A program made the translations under genes and the position numbers. Shown in pieces: positions 48,872 to 63,998 of a stretch of 64,000 nt of DNA (its first letter is position 1; each line of letters starts with the position of its first letter). Under the pieces are notes generated by a model. The model was given only the letters and a program-made list of their open reading frames with translations, ran no database searches and was not told the DNA's origin. The stretch is taken from positions 10,096,213 to 10,160,212 of the forward strand of contig OZ234493.1 in NCBI GenBank assembly GCA_965153455.1, read 5' to 3'. Source of the DNA: Sphagnum compactum. Its lineage: Eukaryota.

Positions 48872-51616
48872 ATTCACAAACTTTCTGGTGAAAAGTAGCT
48901 GCGCTGAGTGTGAAGGAGTTTTTGTTTGTTGAAATACTCAACAGTAAATCAAATGTGTGTCCACTGTGATCTCTGTTTCTTGAGCGTACGCTAAGCTAGT
49001 ATTGAAGCTAAGGAGATTTGATGGTGTCTTAAGGTAAGTATCAAATGAACTCAAAGTTGATATGAGTATCACAGTTGAACCTCAACTGTGAAGGTTCACA
49101 CAACAATAAAATCACAATGTCCCAAGCAAAATTAATCTTAAACGAGGCTAGACAATGGATCAGATCACTCTGAGTTCCCTCTCTATAGCTCTCTTGGTCA
49201 CTGGTTATGGATTCTCACAAGCTGATTCAAAAGCAATTAATCTCCTAGTCAGAAGCAACTTAGGGTTTGAAGAGGGTGTTTGACAAATAGTGATCCCTTC
49301 ATAGGCAGAAACTTGGAGAATATTTCAGTACACACCCATCCTCCCCTTGAAGGAATGATTGATTGGAGCTCCCAATACCCAGGTACTCAACTGTCTTCAA
49401 TAGTAATTAGTGCTTGACTCAATTATGTCTAATTTGAGTGGTGAATTCCACAACTGACCATCAATAACCTTCTAGAACCTCTCATCCATTCCATCTTCTG
49501 CCTCTAAACATCCATTAGAACCGGACATTCAGTTTCTCACTCTAGCGCAACAGAAATTTTGGAGTCAACCAAACATTAGTTTAGACCTATGGGCATTTAC
49601 CCCAAACTCCAACTCACACCAAACAACACCGTCTGAACACCCAAAAATGCTTAAATCTAAACATAAAAAAACCTTCAAAAACACCAAAACCAGAGAGCTT
49701 ATCTGGGAATTCTCAATGCATCTTGTAGCCTCGCGCCACTGTCCAGGTCCCTCCTCGCACCGTTCTCCACCACACAAAAATAAAACAAAAAAACATAACA
49801 CTAATCCCTAACCTTTCGCTCCTTAAAAACATAGTTATCATCAACATAAAACCTCCTCATCAGACATTCTCTCATGCATGATAATACGACAAGATAAGAG
49901 GTAGTTTCCGACGCCAAGATAACAACAGTGAACACCCACTTCACAGAAAAACCCTAAATCCATATTTCTTTGCCACATTGGAACCCAATAGAAAAGTGTT
50001 TCCTGTCCACCCACCATCCATCCCTCATGGAGAGCTGGTGACTGTTGGTTCACTCTGCCCCCCTGAGTTAAAGGGCTACTCTCTCTTTGGAACCTTGAAC
50101 TGGCTGGTAATGAGAGCTGTATATATATATACCCCTCACCAATGGTTCTCAAAAACAAACGAACTGGTCTTGATCCTTGACCGGGATAATGAAACTGGTA
50201 GTTCTCAGAACTGTCAAATTGTTGAAAAATTGTTGAAAAATTGAAACTTGAATGTTCTTTTGATTCTGAAAATTTTCCCAAAACCAGAACCAGGAATTTT
50301 TTAAACCCTGAAGCTGATGGTTACAAAAAAAATCTGAGAACTGCAACAACTGACTGGGGCAATGAATGCTTTAGAAGATGTACTTCCAAGTGAAGTATTA
50401 TATCTCAATCAGTTGGACTAGAATTCTGCCAAGCTTAATTCTACTCCAATTTTATTAGGGTTGAGGGTTCGATTCACTTTTTCCCCATTTTGAACTTTTA
50501 GCAACATTCTATCCCCTGGGGTCCTTCAAGCAGGCAAGCATATTTGATTTGCATGTTCCAGTTTTGTGCAACTACAAACAAAGGGGAAGGTGAAGTTTGG
50601 GGAGAGGGGCAGGGGATGGGATTCTGATGAAACCTGAGGTCCAAACTGCCAGAAGAAGGATCATCGGTTTCTCTTACATCTATTGTTGGCCAATACCCAG
50701 AATGAAAGCCAAAAGGAAAAATACAGAAAATTAAAATTAAATAAAAATCACAATCTAGAAAAGAACATTTTTGGTGAACAAACTGAAAAGGAACTGTTTA
50801 TAATACATTGATCTGTGTTCCAATTTTTAGAAGACTTGAATTTAAACCAAGGCTTTCCTTCTGATATTTCCACAACAGAAAATAATGGTGACCAACCAAC
50901 TTTGTTCAATGTGAAATGTAATAATGTTTGAGTGCAAAGCAAAGAGTGCAAGGGGGGGAGGGGTGGGGGAAGACGAGAAGCAGAAAACTAGGCTTTCAAG
51001 AAATGGGTGACGATCAGGAAGTTCGTACCTGCAATCATGCACAAGTTTTCTCAAAACAATTGTGGACACTAAAATCCAAAACTGGGTTGAAAGAGATGAT
51101 TCCTGCATAACTAGAAAACAAGACAGCATCATAATTGGAGTATGAAGTTATGGTCGCAATTCTTGTACACAGAGTCACTAGTTTGTAGAAGGCGGCCAAC
51201 GTTTTCCTGTATAGAGGCAGCTCTTGGGGGCAGGAGTACAAGCTCCTGACATGATGGTGTTATATCAGCAACCGGAAGTTCTGATGATGGTGAGGATGAT
51301 GGTGGATTCTTTAGACTTGTTTCTCATGCCCTGAGTTGCACATCAACAATCATCATGAGTGGACCGTCATAATGTACCTTGCTTCAAATTGTCAGTGCCA
51401 TCTGATTCAAAATGCTGGTTCAGATGGCAATGATATGTTCCCCAAATCTTCAGGCCTGACCCTGTTGTGGATGCAGGGCTGAATACACAAGAAGAAGGGC
51501 TGGGCAAACTATGACAAGCGGTGGTTTGGCGTCTTTGCCTCACAACAGTGAAGCTCCTTTGTAGTCATTTATGTTTCAAGTGTCTGATTTGACTATAGAG
51601 TCATGTAGGTCAATGT

Positions 51617-52288
51617 CATAAGAAGGAATTCAACTCACTTCCATACCCATAAACATAATCCTGAATCCATCTGACCACAATTTCAACTTGTGATAAATGA
51701 TGGTTTATCACATAAATATAGGTTTGTCTATCTCAAATTTCACACATTACAATACAATTATGTAATTATGGAATATCATCATAAAATCGATTTCACATGT
51801 CTAATTGCATAACTACATAGTTCCAACAAGTAAAGGTATAATTCTAAATGATTATTCACAACCATTGAATCGTGTAATTACATCAAAAAAAATTTCCATA
51901 GTTTCGTAATTACATAAACTTTTGTAATGTTTTCATTAATTTCAAAAATGTAAACCAAAAGCATCCACATTTTGTAATATTGAAATATGGTTCAAATGCC
52001 ATTTATCATCATAAAATTGACATTAAAAATGGGATACCTATCATAAAAAGGTGGATTGCCATTTCAGTTGCATATAATTAGTTGCATTTACAACTTCCTA
52101 ATAAGAATTTGAATGGATGAAAATGTCTAATGATATTGTATATATATGTTAAATACAATTTGTTGCGTGCAATCAAAAGTTGGGTGCGAATTGTTTTATG
52201 TAACTAAGAGAATTTTAGTTGTATGTGTCGCATGCAATTAAAAATAGATTAGAAATGACAATTGCAAAACTTGAATTTTTTTTTAGTG
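51617..52288. mobile_element. Probable decayed non-autonomous CACTA copy
   Basis: Right end ...AATTTTTTTTTAGTG with subterminal GTCGCATG and TTAGTTG motifs resembling the 11845-13535 element. Left TIR not recognisable. Confidence 0.4.
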
Positions 52289-52860
52289 AAATAACTTGAT
52301 AATGAGAATTTGAACCGTCAAAGTGAAAGACTTGAAGTTCCCCACATGCAAAAAGCAAGGTTCATTCTTTTGAAAAAAATTGCAAATTAATAAATTACAT
52401 GAGTTTGAACTTAAACACAAGTTGGGCTTAATAAATAAAAGGAGAAAAACAATCAAATTAGACCAAATGAAAAAACAAAATCATACTAGAGCAAAGGGAA
52501 AACTCGAAGTTTGAATGGGAGTGTAATGGACATAAGCATAATAAATTGTACATATTTGTTACCAAGTTTTCCATACTAGATGAAAGTAAATATAAAATAA
52601 TAACAAAATCCATAAAAAAAACTATTGTACATTGAATGTTTTTAATTAAATGATTAAAAAAAACATAGTTATTCATTATTGTGCATTACTTTTCAATTTT
52701 TTAATTACTTTTTTGTTTATTTGTTTGAAAAGCAAGTAGGTTTGAACTTTATTTTTTGCAATGAAGGACTTGTGTAAAGTATGTGTAAGTAGGTTTTAAC
52801 AAATAATTTTTTTATTTGCTATTATAACCACAACTCAAGAATATAATGATATTAATATCC

Positions 52861-52986
52861 CCAAAAGTAAGAGCAAATAAAGGTTTAAAGTAAACCACAA
52901 GTATCCCCATTTACAAATTTACCACCTAGTAAATGGGGATACTTTTGGTGTACTTCTAATTTTTTTTTGTTCTTATAGTTTCTTGG
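52861..52986. repeat. Foldback inverted repeat with arms of about 55 bp
   Basis: Perfect 16-bp inner stem AAGTATCCCCATTTAC / GTAAATGGGGATACTT with a 14-nt loop; imperfect pairing extends outwards. Confidence 0.8.
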
Positions 52987-55900
52987 AAGTAAATTTTTAT
53001 TGTAATAATATTGGTGCAAGAAAGTTTTCAATTGTATTTCCATTCATTTTTATGCTACTTATTTAATTTTATATGCATGATACCTAAAGGTAGAGACATT
53101 CATTTTTTGTGTTTATTTTATCATGTTTCTACCCTAATATTAAGTGGAATCCCACTTCATGGTTATAGTTGGGATGTTGATTAATTTTTAGCTATGTAAG
53201 TTGACATGGTTCTAACTATATTTTTTCAATTTCAACAAATGTAATTCAAAATTTGAATTCTAGCCAACACAATATTGCCATTGTTATAATTCATGTCATC
53301 CATTCATCCATGTTATATTTCACATTATCCATTTATTCATTCATCCATATTATATCATCTATTCATATATCCATATTGTACATTCATTCATGTTATATGT
53401 CACATCATCCATCCATCCATTTTCCAATCCACTTCCTAAATAATGTATAAGGTTCACCTACATAGTTGGGCCCTTGTTAAGTTAGACTAGCTTGCCAAAA
53501 CTACTTAATTTAACTTAGGTAGGTAGGTAGGTAAGTTAGGTATAAGTAGGTTGTAGGTTATCTAATTAGGTAGTTAATATGTAAATAACACTAGGTAGGA
53601 AGATTATTTATTATTTATTTTATTTGCATCCTACCTACATATTAGGAAGGTATGTAACTTACCTATTGACCTATTAGCTATTTCCCTATCTATTGTTACT
53701 TACACCTTACTTACATATACTTTTCAAAGTAAGGGCATGTAAACTTTGTGTTGGACATTTTTAGTCATTGAAATAACATTTACAATGACCTTAGACCAAG
53801 GTGTGTACATGTTTTATTTTTAGACACCATTTGGACCCACTTAAGATGTCTAGTGGTATGGTAGTGTGATAAAAGTTACAAACTTTGGTAAAGGTGTCAC
53901 AAATTTCCAATAAAATTAAAATTAGTTAAAACATAATCATAACAAAATCACAATAGAATTGCAAATAAATTACATTAATGTTGAAATATAGTGAAAAACA
54001 TATGCAATATGTCATTCATCATTTTTCATTTTTCATCTATCTGTAAACGATGTCCACCAAATTAATCAAGTGGTCAAGATGATGTAACATGGTTTGCCAT
54101 CATTAAATGACTTCTCAACTATAGTTCAAATGGGTTTTTTTTATTTCAGAAAATATTTTGAAAATCAACCTCCATCAATGGTCAACACCAAAAACTTACC
54201 AAATCAATCAATAGTTTGATTTATTTGAAGTGCCAAACCATTCATGTGAAGTTTTTTGAAATAACTATATTTATGTAGTCAAAACATGCAATAAAAAATT
54301 GGTTGGTAAATAAAACTCTTTTTCTCCAAGTGTGGTCACATAAATTTCATATTAATTGCTTTATTTTGCAAAATTGGACAAAGACATATTTATCACATTT
54401 GGCAAATATGAATTGTCCCAAACTAATGTTGCAACCTACATTGCATTCATTGCAAAAGGTATGGAGAAATAAAAGTTTAAAGGTAGATGAAAGAAAAAGA
54501 TTTATGTGCAAAATAAAAATGGTAAGTGTTGAAATTTGGCAAAGTAGATGAAGGTTACAATTTTCCCTTTTCCAAGGCTATGACAAAAATTGACTTGAAA
54601 TCCAATGTTTTTCATTTTTTGAATAATGTCAACATTAGCTTCAGTTGACTCCTATGTTTTGCACACAATATTGGGTCGTGTAAATAGATGTGAACTATGT
54701 GTCATTTCATAAAACCATCCAAAAGTAGTTTATAAATTCAGGTAACATTATATAATGCACTAATATACATTGGTCAAAGGTATATCTATTGGTAACAACA
54801 AACAAAATTTGAAGAAAGGTTACCCATATGCATGCCTCATAACATTATAGAAATCCATTTTTTCCTTGTAGTCCTTTAACACACCACTTGAGTGATTGAA
54901 TTTGTTTGGGGTTACAAAACACATAACCAAAAGACCTAGTTTTTACTTTTTAAAGTTCAACCCCTCATACATTATAACCCAATCAATCCTTTCAATAGTT
55001 CCATATGCATATAAGAAACAATTAAGCTTCTTCTTCACAATTTGGTCTTTCTAGATGGTCATTTAGGTATAATACAACAAAGGGTTGAAAAATGAATGCA
55101 TTGCAATAGCCTAGACTTGCTATCAACTCCCAAATGCACAAAAGAAAAATGCATGGTACACTAATAGATTCAATTCACATAATCATAGGGCTTATAGGTT
55201 AATGAAGAGCAAGGATTCACATTACCAAACATCTGCCACTACCATTCACAAGAAACAATAAAAGTTTAAAAATATATAACATTCATGAAAAGAAAAAATA
55301 AAAATAAAAATAGGTTTTACCATTCAAGAAAAACATTACCATTGTGTTTCTTCAAAAGTTTACAAAAATCGACTCAATAAGTTGTGTATAGAGAACAACA
55401 AATTTCATTCAAGAATCATATAGCAATAACATGAAATGCAAAGAAGCTTGATCATTAGCTAGCATCAAGATCTTAAACACTTGGGATTCAACCTATGGTG
55501 GTAAAAAAAAAAGATGTGTAAGATATGAGGATTGAAATGCTACCCTGCAAAAATTAAAAAAAAGAACTTCATAAAGAAGAGGAAAGGGACACTCATAAGA
55601 AAGAGATTCCTTGTCATCGCAAGGTGCTAATATATTTGTAATTAAGTTGCAATACTTGAATGCTTTAAACAATTCGTAAAAACTTCTCACATTTGCTCTT
55701 GACAACCACTAGTAGCACAATACATATATGCCATCCATTTGCAAAACATGACCCAAAAAAACAAGGTTCCTTCTTACTTCTTTTCCAAATTCCCTTTGAT
55801 TCACCATGATCTCACTACTCAATTGAGAAAGTGAAAGTAGATGAACCCTACCAAATAATTTACATTGGGTCCAAGTCGACATGGTCATCAAAGGTAATTG

Positions 55901-58294
55901 GGGAGTTAACTCTTTCATATTTCCCTCAAGTCACCATTAAGTTGCTACCCAAAGTTGTTGCAGAAAACAATTTTAACTATAAGGCAATGGGAGGATCTAC
56001 CAAAACTTGCTACAAAATGCCAAAAAATAGACAAAAACAAAGAAAAACATAAATGATTTGACACGTACGAAAATTCTCGAATCTTGAGACGTTGTAAATC
56101 CACCATCAACCCCAATGAAATGGTGTTTCTTTGATTTTTCTCAAATAGCAAGACTGCCGGTTGGGTCTAGAAGTGATTTTTCAAGGAACGTTGCTCTAAC
56201 ATGGTAAGTTTAACTTTGGTTCTTGCTTGAGGTAAAACCACTGGTTAGGTTGCCATGGTGACTAGCTTGCAACCAAGACTGAAACTTGCCCAAAAACCTG
56301 AACCAACCAACATTAATTAAAAACAGGGGCAACTAATTCAGCCCCCTCAACTTGATTTGGAAGCATAATCAAACCTTGCACCTACCTATTTCTTTTAGTG
56401 ACCTACCTACTTTTAATGCTAGTGAAGGGGCCATTGAAGGTAACTAGTATTCCCTAAGTCAATTTAGTATTGGAGTTCTATGCCTTTAGGTATAGGGATC
56501 TTACAACCATAAGGGCTTCCATGTAAAGTCTAGTATTTTTTTCCCAATTAATGAGGCCAAACTAATTGATTTTTTATTTGTTCTTTTAACTCAAAATAGT
56601 TAACTTATCCAAAGTAGGTCCCTATTCGACATATCCTTATGTGTAGGGCCTGTATGGATTTATTAATCATTTTTACCAATCTTTCTACTCTAGGCCCTAA
56701 CCAATATTATTTCTAAGCACCCAACTTTGGTGTTACAAAACCATAGACATGTTCAAATTGGATTTTTTAGCCTCATGTGAATGATCAGCTTAAATTATCA
56801 TGTGACTTTGTCTTTCACCAAGTTAGCATAAATGCAACATGTGATTTCTTTCCAATATTGCTCAACTAAGTTCAGTTAAAATCGAAATCTTATTGACTTT
56901 TAAAGGGGTCCAATCCTTGTAAACTATGGCATAGATTGGTTCAAAGTTAAGCAAGGTAGTTGTTAGCTAGCTTGGGAAAGACAGTTTTTAGGTGAGATGG
57001 AATTGGACTCCACAAGTGCAGCCTGTGGGACAGTTCAAGATCAATAGCAAAAGCTTTATCCCTTCTGCATTCAGAACAATTTTGGACATAAATTGCTATG
57101 CATTTGGAGTGGGCTTTACGTGGCAAACTTATTTGTAGATCTGTCAGCATGTGTTCACAAGAGTATATCACACTCCTCAGGCTGGCAGAGTGTGTTCACA
57201 AGAGTAATTGCATTGTTCCCCTTGCTGGCAGAGGGGTTTAGACACCCTTCTTTTTTCTTTTTCCAGAGTGCTTTATGTATAGGAGAAAGGCCCAGCAGCC
57301 GAGAATTCACGCCTGCAAACAGAGGAGCCTCTAGGTCTGCGACTCAGCGGGTGTAATGTCCTGCCGCCGAGGCTTTCTCAGAAATTAAACTTGTTTTTTG
57401 TACTGCCTGCTAAACAGGCAGAAATGCCTGCTGTGCTCTTTTCAAAATGTTGATGTATCGACTGGCTAGGGTTTTATGAAGGGTAATAGACTCCCTGAGG
57501 ATCTTCACAAGTTCTTGTCATGTTCACTTGGGCTTTGCTCTCATTCACAAGGCATCAAACTCGTGAAGCTCCTCATTCAGATCCCTTACCCTACACATTG
57601 TTTGCTAGGCACAACCATGTTATATCTATCTATGAAGCAAGGTAGTGTCACTTAAAAGAGAGGGCAATGCCAAATCCACAACTACTGATAGTAAAAAAAA
57701 AAATGTTAACAACTAACTTCTGAATTCCAAAGAAAAAATGTAAAAACAGTTCAACATTGAACTCAGCAATATCTATAACCCCTAAACTATGGACCATGAA
57801 AAATCAGCTCGCTCCAGCTTCTCTCTTTTGAGCCCACTGGTTGAATTATGGCAATTCTTACTTTCAACTCGTAACCCTAGAGCATGAAATCCTTTCCATT
57901 CCCATAGCTCAATTTCAAAAAGTTGTACAAAGAAATAATGGTAGCCCAAATCATCCACTGCAGGTCTGTCCCAACAATCCCAAGGTTCTTCAGGTTACAC
58001 ATCAATTCCTTTCAAAGCTCCCACTTGAGTGGATACTCCTTTTCACACATACACCACCACTCTCCCAATAGTGCAACGTTTCTCTCCACCTAGCCCAATT
58101 GTTATAATAAAACGGCTCTCAAAACCCCTTATTTCTTCATCATTTTCTTCAACCAATCCCTACACTATGCAACATGATCTGTCTACACTTGAGAGAGGGC
58201 AATGGCGCAGTGGAAGAACAAAACCATCTACCCTAAAAATTCCATGGAATTAGACCATTCGGGTCAAAGCATGGTTGGGGTACCCAAAAGGACT

Positions 58295-58750
58295 ATCTTA
58301 TTTTATATTCATTATACCTCTTCATTTCAACATGTTGTTGAAACTTAATGACACATTCATATTGAAAGTTTGATTTTATTTATAGATAGATACATTACAA
58401 AGGTACAATTTTATGCATAGAATGTTAAATTTGATTTAAGACTGTTTGGAGCTATGGCGTGAAAACTATTGATTCTTGAACCATTTTTTCAATGAAGATT
58501 AAATAAAATCAAAACTAAAAATTGTATTGCATTTTGGAGGCATTTTTGATGTTGTTGAAAGCCGGTTGCAAGTAAGATTTAATAGAGTTTGTTGCACAAT
58601 TTTTAGAGTTAAAGTGTGGAAAATATTGATTTTTGAATGAATTTTGTTGTTGAAAATTCAAACAAATTGCAAAAATTGGGTTTGAAAAGGAAAGTCAGTT
58701 GAGCCCACAATGTGTTCACACTTGGGCCAATGGCACATGCTACATTAATG
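58295..58750 (+). mobile_element. Possible short non-autonomous Helitron-like element
   Basis: A|TCTTATTTTATATTC-type 5' end; 3' GCCCA...TGGGC hairpin (about 58703-58728) followed by a degenerate CTRR-like end. Confidence 0.35.
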
Positions 58751-61700
58751 TATATTATGTGCAAGCAATGTAATAGTTTATGGAACCCAAGCCTCCATAA
58801 ACATTTTCATTTCAAGGGACTTTGATTTGGTTGTAAAATTATTGTCCAAGGCTCCCCATTGGAGCCTAGGATTGAATATGAGATTTCTATAAGAGTTGTT
58901 TGTACAAGTAAATAGTATAAAGGTTAAATCCATGGAGAGGATGAGTGTTCTGAAAACTAATAGATGGCATAATCTTATTGGTCTAAAGTTAATGAATGAT
59001 AATATTATTAAATTTAGATGAAAGGTGGGTAATTCATCCACTTTCTTTTCATGTATTTCAAAGGTAATGGGCAAAATTTGGGTTCATTCTTGATTTCCAT
59101 ATTTTAATGGTGGTAGTCTATTATTAAATGTTGTAAGTTGTGGTAAGACCTTATGTGTATTGAATGTATGATAAACCCATGTATTATTTGATTGTGGAAG
59201 AATTTTTTTAAATAAAAATTTATATATTAAGTGAGTGATTTCCATTAAGTAAAGTTTTTACACATATTTGATGAGCTCCATATTAGATGTAATTTATATA
59301 AAGGCCAAGTTTTAAGCACATGGATGAAAACTTGCTCAAAACATCTAAGTTTTATCCCTTGTATTTCGTATGTTTTGTGCATCATGTGAGATTTTGGTAC
59401 ATTCAATTTCCTTGTGTTGGAAGGGACTTATTTTTAAAAGTTTCAAACATCTCACTATAATTCCATGGTTATATCAAAGTTGTAGGGTACACAAAGTAAG
59501 TGGGAAATACCAGCCATTATTACTATATGTTAAGTAGGAAAGATGGATGGTGGATGGACAGAAGCACTTTTCCAATTGGAGTCCACTTCACTAGCTAACC
59601 ATGGTCATTAGCTCAGTTTCTGTTTTTACTATCTTACCCAGTTAGTACTAAGAACCCATTTGCCCTTACCTATCTACTAAGTTCTAACCATCTACATGGT
59701 AGTATATATGGAGGGTATCTTACCTGATGTAATCAAGCATCAGCTGCTTGAATTACATGCATTTTGCTTTACGAAATGTGCACGCTACTTTTTAAATATA
59801 TATTTTTTATTGTGATACCTGATAGGTACCTGGGTGATACCTTCTGGGTATCACAGTAAACAAATTATAAATAAATAAATAAAAATCCAGTTTTTTTTTA
59901 TGCCGTACAATGGCCCAGCCCTAGGATGTTACCCTAGACTTACCTACCTAGGGGACCTATTTTAGAGAGGATAGGTTGCCAAGGTGAAACCCAACGTCAA
60001 TCTCGAGTCATAATGGGTTTCCAATGGATACGAAGATGGTGGCTGTTAGTTCATTTCAAAGCACAAATTTGTTTATAATTGCAATTTACAGGAACAACAA
60101 CAGCAGCTACAGACAACAACAATGATGCTTGTTATGCTTGTTCTGATCAAGCATTCAAGCATACACAAGATGCAAAAGTTTTGCAACAAACAGTAAATCA
60201 TAGTAACGAGTTAAATGCGACATCAGGTTAGATGCATTTGTAAGTCAGTAACACATCCGAAGACTCTGAGTCAATGCAAAAAAAGCAATTCGCACAGCGT
60301 GCACCACGATGCTTGCGGATTCACACCTCCCCCTGAACTTTCAGAGAATCAAAATGCTGAAACTATCAAAAGGTTGCGAGCTTGAATCATGGGAAACACA
60401 CTTTTCATCTGCTCTTTTGCAAGTGGGACCAAATGTACATGATAACAGACTACATCCCACAAAATCAAAGGGTGTCCTCAGGGACTACCTAATACAGTAA
60501 TTTATCTATGTGACTCAGCACCCACCAGTGCATCACCCATTGAAGACGCATGAACCACGATTGAGGTACCATGGTTCCACCTTTCTAATTTATAGGAACG
60601 GTAAACCCTACCACTTCCCCATCACACTATCGAAGTATTTTAAGTGGGTATGTATCATAGATAAGTAGGTAGGGAATGTGAGGGAAGTTTGAACATTATG
60701 AAAAAAAGGTTGCATGCAGTCTACATTCTACACCATCCAACCAAAAAACAGGCACCTAAAAACCCTCAGGATTTTTTTGTACTGTAAATTGAGGATGTCG
60801 CATATGACATAATTGAGCGTCAGGTGTGAGCGGGTGTTTCAAAACGTGAAACGCTCTCCTCTACGGGTGTTTTGCTTTTTGAAATACCTTCATTACTTTT
60901 AAGTAAATAATCACACTAAAAAAATTTAAAGTAAAAATCCGGTTGATTTTTATGCCATGCAATGCCGTAGGGCTAGCTGGGTCATTACCCTACACATAAG
61001 AAGGTACTTCCTCATCTACAAAGAGTTTCCCAAACATGTTTTGCTCAACCATTTGCAGTTTAGAAACCATTTCAACAAAACACACAACAAACATCGCTTG
61101 TATTTTTGTAAAAAAAATTTAGTATTTGTAGTGATCCTTGCATTGTATTGACAGTAACATGTTGTGGAATGTGCATTGCCAGGTCTGGATAAAGGCTTTG
61201 AGTCTGAAATAAAGGTACCCGCAAAATCATAAAATAAGAAACATGGCTCATACCAACTATAATGGCGTTATTAGCAGCTGCTGATTTCAGTTACATTTAA
61301 GCTACATAAAGATATGAGCTATCACACACAAAATAATTTTACTACAAACTTATTTTGTCTGGGCATAATAATTTTGTAGTAAAAAGATAAAATTTCATAA
61401 ATTTCACTATATGTCATTTTGTTTCATTAATATTTTTTTACATTCTTGATTTGATAGGCAAAATGTCAATGAAAGTTCAATTCATTAAAAAAGTTCACAA
61501 CAACATATAAATAGACAAAAGAAAAAAACATTGACAGGTTGTAAGACAAACAAGCCAAAACATTGAAAGGGTGCTAGACAGACAACAAAATACAAACAGA
61601 CAAAAAAAAAACGATTTTGAAATAGAATTTGATCTATAACGAATTATAATCCAAAATGACTTTAGAATTGTCATAGTGAAAATCACAAAAATATCCATCC

Positions 61701-62423
61701 TACATAAACCAATTCCAATGAATCATTTTTTCAAAATCTTGAGGTTGCTCACTCTTTATAAATTTTTGAAAGTACTTGTGCATTTATAAGATGATTATTT
61801 TGTAGCCCAATTGTAAATGGAATTTATTTTTGACACCTAATTCTATTTATCATGAATGCAAACAAATTTGGAAATTGATAATGTATGTATTTTCATAGAT
61901 ATGAAACAAAAATATTTGACTATATATTTTCAATTTATTTGTTTGATTATTTTTTAAAAATTGAGTGGGCTTAAAATTTATTTTCTAAGCTTTTAGAAAA
62001 TTTATGGTCAAAATGATAAATTCAAACCATAGATATGATCAAAGTGAGAAAGGCAATGCATAAAATTACATGAAAGATGTGAATACAAGATTGATTGACC
62101 TTAAGACTTAACCTCATTAAAACCCATCTAAATTAATTTAAAATTTAGTTAAGATTGGACCTACAATCTACATATGAATCAAGAACCAATTGGGATGAAT
62201 GTTTGGGATAGATGTGGCCAAGACAACACCCTTTTTTTTGCCATGGAAAACCCTGTGTATAGGTCGAATTTGTATTTTTTCGGTCAAAATTTGGCGAATG
62301 TTTTTTATAAAGAAAAACACTGATTTCATCCATAGAACAACAAAATGCCTAAATAATTTTGAACAGATGTCTACATGATTAAAATTTACAACACAAAGCT
62401 TTGCATGTGTGCACACTTACTTA

Positions 62424-62805
62424 GGCCCACTTTACACTAGGAGTCAGGGCCGAAAAAACTTGGGGCCAACTTTGAGCATTTGTGGATTGTTGTTTGGCCT
62501 CTCAAGTTACTAATAAATGCTAGAACATTGCCATTAGGATATCAATAAAAGATGGAACATTGGTCCCAAAGGGTTGCAAATTGGCTTCCCAAATTCGATG
62601 GTATCCTTTTTTTTAGCCTTGGGGTCAATAGAAGGCCATTAAGTTCAGCATTTATTAGTAGCTTGGGGCAGATTGAAAAGATTTTTTCTAGTTCAGCCTT
62701 GTCTCCTAGTGTAAAGCACTTGGGGCCAATTTCAACTTTTGCACCAATAGGAATGCTTGATTTGGTTTGTTCACATTGGCCCTGACTCCTAGTGTAAAGC
62801 GGGCG
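62424..62805. mobile_element. Tourist-like (PIF/Harbinger) MITE, 382 bp
   Basis: 28-bp TIRs GGCCCACTTTACACTAGGAGTCAGGGCC, matching 26/28; TTA TSD at 62421-62423 and 62806-62808. Confidence 0.92.
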
Positions 62806-63893
62806 TTACATTGCAGCTAAAATTGCCTCAATGTGTGTGTGTGTGTCTCTAGGTGTGAAAATCTGCAGCTGCTGGGGTCACAGGTTTTTTCTTTACATGG
62901 TGCGCGTTGCTCACACCCACCATGCTTTAAGGATGCTGCTTTTGCTAACCACCAGTAGATCTGTACAAAATGATTAGCTCTATGTACTTTTGTGGACGTC
63001 CGCCGAATCTTTCTTGGAATTAAGGAAAAACAAGAAAACCCCATTGGATGCATGCAGCAGATGATCTAGATTTTGTGAAGTTGGAAAAAATCGCTTTGAA
63101 AACTGGTGAAATTTGCCCCATCCCAGGTAGCAGCAGCAGCAGCAGTTTTTTTCCCTCTCTCTAGTCTTTGCATCTGATGCTGCTTCAGAAGATCAGTCAA
63201 GTTCTTCTCGGAGTTCGCAGTCTCTGCATACACACCTCCACAGTTAGAATCAGTTCATTTAATCGGAAGAAAGCTAGTGGGACAGAGCTGAATAGAAGAA
63301 TTGAGCTTGCATGACAAGTTTAATCATGGGTTTGAATATTTCGTGTTGAGAAGATTCAGCTCAAGCTGCAGCGCTTGTAGTTCCAGGGAGAAACTGATCT
63401 AGTCATACCCAAATTTTTGTCACTCAGGACAGTCTGCTTGTGTGACAAGCTTCGAACCTGCAGCTTGTAGCATTGATGGAAATTATCAGCAGTTGTCGTT
63501 TCTATGCAGTCTCACATTTTTCAAGTCACATTTTATGTCAGACTGTACTAGTCTTGATCATATCATTGCCCAGAAGCTTGTGCACATCAAGATCCGTCCA
63601 TTCAAGGCTGTGGCTAATTGCCTTGCTGGTGTTTGGACTCACTTATATCATGTAGCTACGGAGACAAACGTGTTTTGCAAGGTCCAAGTACCATCATCGA
63701 CTTGGAACGCACGCAAGGTCCCCGAAAATCTTATAAATTAGAGTCTAGACTACTTCAGCTTTTATCGAAGCCTAGCGCCTGATCTACTCTAGACTTCTCC
63801 CCCTTTGCAAGTTTCCGATTTCGACCATATTCCTGCGTCTCCAGCAGTTTAGGCAACCGAACTTAGTCTTAGGCTTCAGCTCTTTCCTGCAAC

Positions 63894-63998
63894 TCACGCT
63901 TGACCAGTCATGTAGATATGATCAGAAGTTTGAGCCTGTAGCTCAATAACGTCATGCACATTGATCTTCCTTCGCAACTTGATGATCCCGGGGCACCC
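63894..63998 (-). CDS. Possible C-terminal end of a gene entering from beyond the window (..GCPGIIKLRRKINVHDVIELQAQTSDHIYMTGQA*)
   Basis: Open frame runs to the window edge in a GC-richer, gene-like region. Family not recognised. Confidence 0.25.
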   Translation of the reverse strand, partial: GCPGIIKLRRKINVHDVIELQAQTSDHIYMTGQA

